Below, piece by piece: positions 8,837 to 15,646 of a stretch of 24,000 bases of DNA. Made by a program: the position numbers and the translations under genes. Within the stretch, counting starts at the first letter, position 1. The number at the start of each line of letters is the position of its first letter. A model generated the notes under the pieces. The model had not been told where the DNA came from, did not search any database, and saw only the letters and a program-made list of their open reading frames with translations. This DNA comes from Chloroflexota bacterium (GTDB taxonomy: Bacteria; Chloroflexota; Anaerolineae; Anaerolineales; UBA11858), in NCBI GenBank assembly GCA_030609055.1, contig JAUWCZ010000011.1, positions 1-24,000 of the forward strand. Reading direction: 5' to 3'.

Positions 8837-9247
8837 TTATCGGTTTTGGAAAATCTCGAGAGCTGTTCGCAGATAGGAATCGATCGGGTAGGAAAACGCC
8901 TCCTCCACCTCTACCCAGATAAATTCTTCTGCTTCAGTGTTTAATTGCACTTTTCCATCACTTACCTGACAGATAAAATCAAAGAAGATAAAATGCTTTT
9001 CCTCCCAGAAGCTTTCATCATAGATGAATTCCTGAAAACACAAGAAGTCTGCCTTAAGAACCTCCAGACCCGTTTCCTCTTTCACCTCCCGATTGAGGGC
9101 TTCCTGTAAACGTTCCCCCAACTCTACATGACCACCCGGAATTGTATATCTCCCTTTCCATTTGTGGGTTTTCACAAGCAGGAGTCTTCCCTCGGGGTTA
9201 AAAATCAGGGCTCCGACAGTTGGCTCTGGGTAATGTTGTTCTATCAT
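8837..9247 (-). CDS. NUDIX hydrolase
   Basis: Nudix box GGHVELGERLQEALNREVKEETGL (G-x5-E-x7-REUxEExGU). 136 aa. Confidence 0.85.
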   Translation of the reverse strand: MIEQHYPEPTVGALIFNPEGRLLLVKTHKWKGRYTIPGGHVELGERLQEALNREVKEETGLEVLKADFLCFQEFIYDESFWEEKHFIFFDFICQVSDGKVQLNTEAEEFIWVEVEEAFSYPIDSYLRTALEIFQNR

Positions 9248-9293
9248 GAATTCCCCTTAAATAATCTCTCATAATCCGTTAAATAATACGGCT

Positions 9294-10643
9294 TCAGGAT
9301 TCAGTATTAATACGCTGGACACCATTCTCGAGGGGCAGGCTTGCCTGCATCGACCAGGGACCAGTCCAGGTGATGGTCACTGTTTTAACTTCTCCCAGTA
9401 GATCATGTCCACTCTCAACAAAGACTAACTTATTAGTCGGGGTTCGTCCCCGCCAACGATCCTTGTTCTTACCTTCAAATAGAACTTCCACAATTTCTCC
9501 AAGATATTTCAGATTTATCTCCCCCGCTATCTCTTCTTGTAATTCTTCGATTAATCGAAACCGGCGCCATTTTTCATCATCAGGAACAGTATCTTCCATT
9601 TTGCGGGAAGCAACTGTACCGGGACGAGCAGAATAACGGGCAATGTGAACTACATCCAGTTTCAGGTCACGGAGCACATCATATGAATTTTGGAATTGTT
9701 CTTCTGTTTCTCCCGGGAAACCCACAATTACATCGGTCGCAATAGATACACCGGGGATTCGATCCCTGATTTCCCCAATTAGGCGGTGGTACTGATCAAT
9801 TGTATACTCCCTTTTCATATTTTTCAGCACCTGATCATCTCCAGCCTGATGGGGAACTTCAATGTGGGGCATCAATTTCGGCAGGGAGGCAACCGTATCC
9901 ATCAATTCGGTTGTGAACCAATTGGGATGGGAGGTTAAAAAACGAATCCTTTCCAAACCATCAATGTCGTGTACCAGGTTCAATAATTCCGGCAAGGAGG
10001 TTTTCTCTTGTAGATCCAGACCATAGCGGTCAACAATCTGCCCCAGCAGAGTAACTTCTTTTATACCCTGAGAGACCAGCGAACGGATCTCATTGACCAC
10101 GTCCTGGACAGGACGACTGCGCTCAATCCCCCGTCGATAAGGAATGATGCAGTATGTGCAGGCATGGGAGCAGCCGAGTACAACAGGGATAAAAGCCGAA
10201 ACCAGATGCTGCTGGTCCGCTTCAGGAAGGGTTAATTCCCCGTCCATAAAAGCAAAACGACGAGAGGTTGCTTCTTGCTGCCAGGCTTTGGTTTCCTCCT
10301 GGGTCAAATATGCCATAAAAGGACCGGGGTCAGAGGGTGGTGAGAACACATCCACATGGGGAAATTGCTCTTCCAGATCTTTTGTTCCTTTGATGCCGAC
10401 CAGGCAGCCCATGACATTAATGACAGCATCCGGCCGGTTTCGTTTTATGTTCTTGAGAGAATTAATCCGCCCGACAGCGCTGTCCTCAGCACTCTGGCGT
10501 ACTACACAGGTGTTGAGAACGATCACATCTGCGTCCTCAGCTCTTGGGGTTGGTTGGAAATCCAAGCCCTCTAGAGCAGAGGCAACCCGGCGGGAATCAG
10601 CAACATTCATCTGACATCCCGAAGTCCAAATATGGTATTTCAT
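9294..10643 (-). CDS. miaB: tRNA (N6-isopentenyl-A37)-C2-methylthiotransferase MiaB
   Basis: MKYHIWTSGCQMNVADS (UPF0004 N-terminal cluster), the radical-SAM motif CSHACTYCIIPYRRG, and a C-terminal TRAM domain (GEIVEVLFEGKNKDRWRGRTPTNKLVFV). I place the start at ATG 10643 (MKYHIW). The track start 10652 overlaps the TATAAT -10 hexamer. Confidence 0.9.
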   Translation of the reverse strand: MKYHIWTSGCQMNVADSRRVASALEGLDFQPTPRAEDADVIVLNTCVVRQSAEDSAVGRINSLKNIKRNRPDAVINVMGCLVGIKGTKDLEEQFPHVDVFSPPSDPGPFMAYLTQEETKAWQQEATSRRFAFMDGELTLPEADQQHLVSAFIPVVLGCSHACTYCIIPYRRGIERSRPVQDVVNEIRSLVSQGIKEVTLLGQIVDRYGLDLQEKTSLPELLNLVHDIDGLERIRFLTSHPNWFTTELMDTVASLPKLMPHIEVPHQAGDDQVLKNMKREYTIDQYHRLIGEIRDRIPGVSIATDVIVGFPGETEEQFQNSYDVLRDLKLDVVHIARYSARPGTVASRKMEDTVPDDEKWRRFRLIEELQEEIAGEINLKYLGEIVEVLFEGKNKDRWRGRTPTNKLVFVESGHDLLGEVKTVTITWTGPWSMQASLPLENGVQRINTES

Positions 10644-10650
10644 GGATGCC

Positions 10651-10678
10651 ATTATATCTATATAAAAAGTACAGTCAA
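10651..10678 (-). promoter_or_regulatory. Near-consensus promoter of miaB; -10 lies 7 nt from the ATG (leaderless configuration)
   Basis: Minus strand has TTGACT (10678-10673), a 16-nt spacer, TATAAT (10656-10651), then ggcatcc and ATG (10643). Confidence 0.55.
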
Positions 10679-10714
10679 GCTGGTAAAAGTTGAATCTCCC
10701 CAGCAGCTTGAATT

Positions 10715-10758
10715 AATAAAAAAACACTCCCCAGAGTTAAGCCGGGCTTCCCGGGGAG
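10715..10758 (-). terminator. Probable rho-independent terminator after the SWIM gene
   Basis: Minus strand has CTCCCC...GGGGAG arms (10758-10753 / 10732-10727) around a GC-rich loop with its own CCGGG/CCCGG pairing, followed by TGTTTTTTTATT. Confidence 0.5.
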
Positions 10759-10799
10759 CGAACAGTACTAAATATAATCCAGAATGGGTCTTGAACCCG

Positions 10800-11039
10800 T
10801 TAATCCAGGGTTAAATCTGCTTCCTGAATTAAAATACGTTCTAACGCCATTGTATGACTGCAGCGATCTCTGGTCTGGAAAAAATCACAATCACAAAGCC
10901 ATTTGCCATCTTGGAAAGAGACCTGATGTGGGTTGTTTTGACCCTGAAGTGTTACAGACAGAGTATTGATCTTGATTCGTTCTCTTTCGCTGGCATATTG
11001 TTTTGATTTTTGGATTTTTCCAATTATTCCAGAATCCAT
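10800..11039 (-). CDS. Small stand-alone SWIM zinc-finger protein
   Basis: 79 aa. The CxCx(n)CxH signature reads WLCDCDFFQTRDRCSHTMALE. A GGAGG SD lies 7 nt upstream of the ATG at 11039. Confidence 0.7.
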   Translation of the reverse strand: MDSGIIGKIQKSKQYASERERIKINTLSVTLQGQNNPHQVSFQDGKWLCDCDFFQTRDRCSHTMALERILIQEADLTLD

Positions 11040-11057
11040 CTTTCTACCTCCGCGGGG

Positions 11058-11092
11058 TTAAAATAAAAAGCACGCAGCTTGAGCATGCGTGC
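11058..11092 (-). terminator. Intrinsic terminator hairpin located inside the leader of the SWIM gene (candidate attenuator)
   Basis: Minus strand GCACGCA-U-GC-UCAA-GC-UGCGUGC is followed by UUUUUAUUUU. It ends only about 10 nt before the SWIM gene SD. Confidence 0.7.
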
Positions 11093-11093
11093 A

Positions 11094-11138
11094 TTACTGA
11101 CCAATAAATAATATTCTTTTTCCCCTAATACATCTCAT
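11094..11138 (-). CDS. Candidate 14-codon leader peptide MRCIRGKRILFIGQ
   Basis: AGGTGG SD (11150-11145) lies 6 nt upstream of the ATG at 11138. The TAA stop (11096-11094) is 1 nt from the terminator stem. The ORF is too short for any homology argument. Confidence 0.25.
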   Translation of the reverse strand: MRCIRGKRILFIGQ

Positions 11139-11163
11139 AATAGTCCACCTTTAATTCCTTCCA

Positions 11164-11192
11164 AGTATACGTCGATTCTGGAATAAAGTCAA
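11164..11192 (-). promoter_or_regulatory. Near-consensus promoter upstream of the leader/SWIM unit
   Basis: Minus strand has TTGACT (11192-11187), a 17-nt spacer, then TATACT (11169-11164). Confidence 0.5.
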
Positions 11193-11254
11193 CGATCACC
11201 AGGCGGGTTTGGATTTATCAGAGATCTCCCACCCGTTTTCAAAGCTTGGCCAGA

Positions 11255-12310
11255 TCACCCGACATATTTCATCCAGATTAAAGTCCGGGAAGGTTTAAAC
11301 CAGTGTGTTTCCAAACTCAGGTTTGTTTTCCGTTTGGGAAAATTTAACCGCAGGGAACGTTTTAAACCTGGACTTTTCATCCAGTGGGGCAGGAATGCAT
11401 CCAGCAGGACACCCTCAGTTTCCGCGGACGACGCAATCCAGAGCCAATCTGCCCGCGTTTTTGATGACTGCCAAGAAACCACTCCAATCAACTGATCTTT
11501 CGCTGTGACAGCCCATTGCCGAATACTTGGATCAATCAGAAGTAGGCGGGAAATCCTCCCGGTGAGCCCTCCCCGCAGGAACTCAATTCTAAGCGGTAAA
11601 TGCCAGCGAACCTCCGGAGGATAATTTTTCTCTAACCACGTCCTTTGTTGAGACCAGTGTCTCGCCTTGTGAACTTGAACAGAAAATCCGGGCACATGCC
11701 AGTCAAGAAACTCGCGATTAATATCCTTGGGATCTAACATCCATGTTGTCCGACGGGAAATCTCCTGAAATCCTTGAGTGAGATAGAGGTCCACCGCGGC
11801 CTGATTACCTTCGTCCACCTGGAGCCAGATCCCATCCAATTGCCGGGGTAGGAGGAAATCCATAGCCTGCCGAACAAGGGAACGGGCAATTCCCATCCGC
11901 TGATACTCCGGATGAACAGCCACATTGGCGATCATATAGTAATGTTTCCCCCCGACATGATAAGGAATCAAACTCAGATTGCCGACTATATCACCCTTCT
12001 CCTCCCAGACATATCCAGTAAACGGCATGGATACTCTTCCAGCCATCTGGGTAGCCCACTCCTGAAAACGTTTATTGCGGGCAGAGGAGCGCATTTTCCT
12101 CAGCAGGGCTTCACCGTCAGGTGTGAGGCGGTCAGCAAAGCAGAGTTCTACAAGATCTGAGACTGAAAGCAGATCGGAGCGAACATTAAAAGGTCGGATT
12201 GGCAGGGAATCATCTATTCCGGACAATTGCACAGGCATGGGGTAGATTTTACCATCAGGGGGTTGATAGGGAGTATTAACAACTACCGACGGGACGGGTG
12301 TTATGTGCAT
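11255..12310 (-). CDS. GNAT-family N-acetyltransferase (two-domain, 351 aa)
   Basis: Acetyl-CoA binding motif VAVHPEYQRMGIARSLVRQAMDFL, then NQAAVDLYLTQGFQE. The C-terminal approx. 150 aa are uncharacterised. The start codon is uncertain because there is no clear SD. Confidence 0.75.
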   Translation of the reverse strand: MHITPVPSVVVNTPYQPPDGKIYPMPVQLSGIDDSLPIRPFNVRSDLLSVSDLVELCFADRLTPDGEALLRKMRSSARNKRFQEWATQMAGRVSMPFTGYVWEEKGDIVGNLSLIPYHVGGKHYYMIANVAVHPEYQRMGIARSLVRQAMDFLLPRQLDGIWLQVDEGNQAAVDLYLTQGFQEISRRTTWMLDPKDINREFLDWHVPGFSVQVHKARHWSQQRTWLEKNYPPEVRWHLPLRIEFLRGGLTGRISRLLLIDPSIRQWAVTAKDQLIGVVSWQSSKTRADWLWIASSAETEGVLLDAFLPHWMKSPGLKRSLRLNFPKRKTNLSLETHWFKPSRTLIWMKYVG

Positions 12311-12336
12311 CTAAGAGTTTAAGGTTCCTGACTATC

Positions 12337-12390
12337 GCCCGGTCATCAATGACCGGGCTGAAAACAACGCCCCTATTCGGGGGCTTCACA
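12337..12390. repeat. Left inverted repeat of the Y1-transposase unit: two hairpins (REP-like doublet)
   Basis: Hairpin A is GCCCGGTCAT-CA-ATGACCGGGC (12337-12358). Hairpin B is GCCCC-TATTCG-GGGGC (12369-12384). Confidence 0.7.
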
Positions 12391-12409
12391 GAGATCAGAA
12401 CACATTGAT

Positions 12410-12808
12410 TTATAGTTCATTTTGAGAGTTTGTTGTTCCCGCTGCGTGATGGAACTTCTGATTTTCCACATACTTACTTATTACCGGAACAATTTTCTCG
12501 CTGATTGTGAACACAGAATATCCAGTCTGCCAGTAGAAGTGACCATCACCAAAGCCTGATTTATTCAATTTTGCTGATGCTGTCCCTTTGATTTTTCCGA
12601 TAAACTGTGCAAGCGGAATTGTTCTTGGAATGTGAACTAACAAATGAATATGATCCTTCGTACCATTAAGGGCATATACTATGCCGCCCAAACCGATGGC
12701 TTTACTGCGAATATAATCGAACAATATTGGTTCAATCTCAGAAGTTATGGTTAGATCGCGATTTTTTGTCCCCCAAATAACATGATAGAACAACCTAGAA
12801 AATGACAT
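12410..12808 (-). CDS. tnpA: IS200/IS605-type Y1 (HUH) transposase, TnpA / REP-associated tyrosine transposase (RAYT)-like
   Basis: 132 aa. FYHVIWGTKNR N-terminus, HUH motif DHIHLLV, catalytic Tyr region WQTGYSVFT. A GGGGG SD lies 8 nt upstream. The gene is visibly more AT-rich than its neighbours. Confidence 0.85.
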   Translation of the reverse strand: MSFSRLFYHVIWGTKNRDLTITSEIEPILFDYIRSKAIGLGGIVYALNGTKDHIHLLVHIPRTIPLAQFIGKIKGTASAKLNKSGFGDGHFYWQTGYSVFTISEKIVPVISKYVENQKFHHAAGTTNSQNEL

Positions 12809-12822
12809 TTAATTACCCCCAT

Positions 12823-12876
12823 ATTTATCAAAGCCCTTTAGGGCGCTGTTTTTTGCCGGGTGATTTATCACCCGGC
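12823..12876. repeat. Right inverted repeat of the Y1-transposase unit: two hairpins (REP-like doublet)
   Basis: Hairpin B' is GCCC-TTTA-GGGC (12833-12844). Hairpin A' is GCCGGGTGAT-TT-ATCACCCGGC (12855-12876), extended by T6/A6 to 12849-12882. The reverse complement aligns with 12337-12390. Confidence 0.7.
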
Positions 12877-12942
12877 AAAAAAGATTATTAGATTACGATC
12901 TACTCTCCACGATTCTATATGCTTTCTTACGTTATTCCTCGC

Positions 12943-13380
12943 TCAAACTTCTAACAAAATCGTAACCGGTCCATCATTGTGGATTTCCACCAGCATATGA
13001 GCACCAAATTGACCCATTGCCGTAGATATTCCCAAATCCTCCAGGCAGGAAACGAAATAGGTTACTAATGGCTCTGCAACTGCGGGCGGAGCAGCATCTG
13101 TAAAGGAAGGCCGATGACCTTTTCTGGTATCCGCGTAAAGGGTAAACTGGGGGACGACCAGAGCTTCGCCCTCCACTTCCAACAGGGACAAATTCATCTT
13201 TCCAATTTCATCCTCAAAGATGCGTAAATGGGAAATTTTCCGAGCAAGTTTTTGGGTTTTCTCTCTGGTATCGTCCGGCCCCACGCCAAGCAAGATAACC
13301 AAGCCCTGGTTAACACCTGACAACAATTTGCCCCCTACTGAAACACATCCCTTTTGCACCCGCTGGATGAGCGCTTTCAT
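12943..13380 (-). CDS. dtd: D-aminoacyl-tRNA deacylase
   Basis: 145 aa. MKALIQRVQKGCVSVGGKLLSGVNQGLVILLGV... and the C-terminal NDGPVTILLE are typical of Dtd. It follows trpS by 3 nt. Confidence 0.9.
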   Translation of the reverse strand: MKALIQRVQKGCVSVGGKLLSGVNQGLVILLGVGPDDTREKTQKLARKISHLRIFEDEIGKMNLSLLEVEGEALVVPQFTLYADTRKGHRPSFTDAAPPAVAEPLVTYFVSCLEDLGISTAMGQFGAHMLVEIHNDGPVTILLEV

Positions 13381-13383
13381 TGC

Positions 13384-14385
13384 TTAAACCTTGGTACCAT
13401 AAAAACCGATTGCCTCTCGTACTTCTTTCATCGTCTTAGAAGCGATAACCCGCGCTCTTTTTGCCCCATCCAACAGGACTTCTTTTACAATATCCGGATC
13501 CTTTTCCAGGTCTGCCCGCTTTGAACGGAAAGGCACCAGGTGTTTATTAAGGTTCTTTGCCAGTTTACGTTTGCAGTCCACGCAGCCGATCTCCGCTTTG
13601 CGGCAATCCTGGTTGATCTGGTCGATCTCCTCAGGCGGAGAGAACACCTTATGCAGAGAAAACACATTGCAGACATCGGGGTCACCAGGATCACTACGTC
13701 GGATCCGCTGAGGATCTGTGACCATTTCCATCACTCGCTTTTCTGTTTCTTCAGGGGTCGCTGCTAACTCGATGTGATTATTGAGGCTTTTACTCATCTT
13801 CCGTTCACCGTCAATACCCAGTACTTTGGGAATTTCGGTCACTTTCGCATGGGGTTCTACTAGAATGTTTGTCTGGTAGCGATGGTTAAAGGATCGAACA
13901 ACCTCCCGGGCAAATTCAAGGTGCGGAATCTGGTCTGTGCCAACAGGCACTGTATCTGCTTTATAGAGTAAAATGTCGGCTGACATCAAGACAGGATACC
14001 CAACCAGTCCATAATTCACATTGTCTGGATTATCGCGCACCTTTTCTTTAAATGTCGGCAAAGCAGTGAGCTTCCCCAGAGGAGTTACCATGGAAAGGAT
14101 GGTGTGCAGCTCCATTACCTCCTGCACATGAGATTGGACAAAAATGATGCTTTGTTCCGGATCCATCCCGGCTGCCATCCAATCCAGAGTCATTTCCTGA
14201 GTATTGAGTTCCAGGTCCTTTGTGGTCTCTATTGTTGTTAAAGCATGGACATCCACAATACAGTAAACACACCTGTAATCATCCTGGAGGGCAACATAAT
14301 TTTTGATCGCTCCCAGGTAATTTCCCAAATGCTGCCGCCCGGTCGGCCTGGCACCAGAAAATACTCTGCCCTGCTTTTCAGCCAT
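13384..14385 (-). CDS. trpS: Tryptophan--tRNA ligase
   Basis: 333 aa. HIGH-region variant GARPTGRQHLGNYLGA and KMSKS loop (RKMSKSLNN), with TrpRS-like length and layout. Confidence 0.9.
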   Translation of the reverse strand: MAEKQGRVFSGARPTGRQHLGNYLGAIKNYVALQDDYRCVYCIVDVHALTTIETTKDLELNTQEMTLDWMAAGMDPEQSIIFVQSHVQEVMELHTILSMVTPLGKLTALPTFKEKVRDNPDNVNYGLVGYPVLMSADILLYKADTVPVGTDQIPHLEFAREVVRSFNHRYQTNILVEPHAKVTEIPKVLGIDGERKMSKSLNNHIELAATPEETEKRVMEMVTDPQRIRRSDPGDPDVCNVFSLHKVFSPPEEIDQINQDCRKAEIGCVDCKRKLAKNLNKHLVPFRSKRADLEKDPDIVKEVLLDGAKRARVIASKTMKEVREAIGFYGTKV

Positions 14386-14634
14386 TTATACCTTCTCCTT
14401 AAGATATTCTTCGTACAGCCGCAGCACTTCTTGTGGTTCTATATGCTGTCCTGTCTGAGCTTTCGAATAAATCAAATCATCATTCACAGAAATTTCATAT
14501 CTCCCAGCATCCGAGGGAATTAATGCAATTTCAGAAATATTATTTACATATTCCTTTAAGAAAGCGCCCATCAAACTGATGGCTCTGGGTAAATAGTTTC
14601 AAGGAACACAATATTCAATAGATATCCTATACAT
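14386..14634 (-). CDS. SelW/Rdx-family selenoprotein (CxxU), with in-frame UGA = Sec at 14601-14599
   Basis: ATG 14634 is preceded by AGGAGAAAAGGAAAA. The translation is MYRISIEYCVP-U-NYLPRAISLMGAFLKEYVNNISEIALIPSDAGRYEISVNDDLIYSKAQTGQHIEPQEVLRLYEEYLKEKV. This matches the Rdx pattern IEYCxx[C/U]xxxxRA plus the conserved ALIP..G.FEV.V.G.LI.SK core. The track shows only the part after the TGA (14386..14574, TTG start). The stop TAA (14388-14386) abuts the trpS ATG. Confidence 0.8.
14560..14598 (-). promoter_or_regulatory. Candidate bacterial SECIS hairpin downstream of the UGA
   Basis: The mRNA reads UGA-AACUAUUUACCCAGAG-CCAUCA-GUU-UGAUGG-GCGCU. The perfect 6-bp stem CCAUCA/UGAUGG (14582-14568) has a G/U apical loop starting 22 nt after the UGA. 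It can be extended by GAG/C.C pairs with a bulged G. Confidence 0.5.
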
Positions 14635-14784
14635 TTTTCCTTTTCTCCTGTACCAATAATTTTCCAAAATAGTATATCATAAGCCATCTCGCACTATTGC
14701 CATCCCTGTGAGAGATATCGATAATGCTGAGACTGAAATGACTCCACTTCAACAACGCTCATGTGCTACAATCGAAGTGAACCT

Positions 14785-15630
14785 ATGAGTAAGTTAACCG
14801 ATATCCGCCCCTCACCGTTGGCTGGCCGCTGGTATCCAGCAGATCCGAAAACACTGGCTGACAGCGTGGATGATTTTATCAACCAGGCAGAAATTCCGGA
14901 AATTTCCGGGAAGGTTATTGCCCTTGTTTCTCCCCATGCTGGTCATATGTATTCCGGACAAGTTGCAGGGCATTGTTTTGCTGCAATTCGAGATCTCAGT
15001 CCAGAACTTGTTGTGATCCTTTCTCCATATCATCCATATCACTCTCCTGTTATATTTACCACCACCCATCAGGCCTACGAAACCCCCCTTGGGATAGTAC
15101 CAGTAGATCATGATATGTTAGAGACTGTCGCTAAGGGACTACTTGACAAGACTGGAATAAAACTCTCCCGGGTTACCAACGATGGAGAACATGCGGTAGA
15201 GATCCTGCTTCCTTTTTTCCAACGCGCCCTGGCGGAAGAATTCCGTCTGTTGCCGCTGATGATCCGGCAACAGGACTCGGATGTAATGCAAGCGCTGGGG
15301 GACATCCTGGCTGAAATTCTGGCAGAAAGGAATGTCTTTTTGACTGCCAGTACTGACCTGTCCCACAATAAATCGGCAGAGAAAGCCCTGGGTCTTGACC
15401 AGACTATCATTGATCACATCATCTCCTTGGATCCGGATGGCCTCTACCAGGCTCAAAGATCGTTCACCGGGGAAGCTTGCGGGTTAGATGCTCTGGCTGC
15501 TCTACTCTGGGCTGCTAAAAGTCGAGGTTCCGTTACTGCCCATCATTTGCACTACGCCCATTCTGGTGATATTACCGGAGATAATACCGGTGTAGTTGGG
15601 TACGCAGCTGCAGTGCTCACTAGAGAATAA
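14785..15630 (+). CDS. MEMO1-family protein (AmmeMemoRadiSam system protein B)
   Basis: RPSPLAGRWYPADPKTLADSVDDFI...VSPHAGHMYSGQVAGHCF and the C-terminal VVGYAAAV are typical of the family. ATG 14785 is preferred over the track start 14761. TGcTACAAT (14764-14772) lies 12 nt upstream. Confidence 0.8.
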   Translation: MSKLTDIRPSPLAGRWYPADPKTLADSVDDFINQAEIPEISGKVIALVSPHAGHMYSGQVAGHCFAAIRDLSPELVVILSPYHPYHSPVIFTTTHQAYETPLGIVPVDHDMLETVAKGLLDKTGIKLSRVTNDGEHAVEILLPFFQRALAEEFRLLPLMIRQQDSDVMQALGDILAEILAERNVFLTASTDLSHNKSAEKALGLDQTIIDHIISLDPDGLYQAQRSFTGEACGLDALAALLWAAKSRGSVTAHHLHYAHSGDITGDNTGVVGYAAAVLTRE

Positions 15631-15646
15631 CTCATTGTAATCACCT

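Larger units (their letters stand above)
12337..12876 (-). mobile_element. REPtron-like unit / IS200-like element: tnpA flanked by inverted hairpin doublets
   Basis: See the two repeat features and the tnpA CDS. The total is about 540 bp and there is no tnpB. Confidence 0.6.

Noticed and set aside
10144-10614. 156-aa plus-strand ORF
   Set aside because: It is antisense to miaB, which has unambiguous radical-SAM and TRAM motifs. The composition is typical of a shadow ORF. The same reasoning applies to the other antisense ORFs in the track, e.g. 885..1175, 2785..3099, 3771..4082, 8308..8646, 15502..15891, 17051..17314 and 21257..21550.
10780-10800. GGGTCTTGAACCC hairpin as a tRNA T-arm; general search for tRNA/rRNA
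   Set aside because: The loop is too short and lacks the TTCGAAT-type T-loop, and there is no flanking acceptor or anticodon arm. I saw no tRNA- or rRNA-like sequence anywhere in the window.
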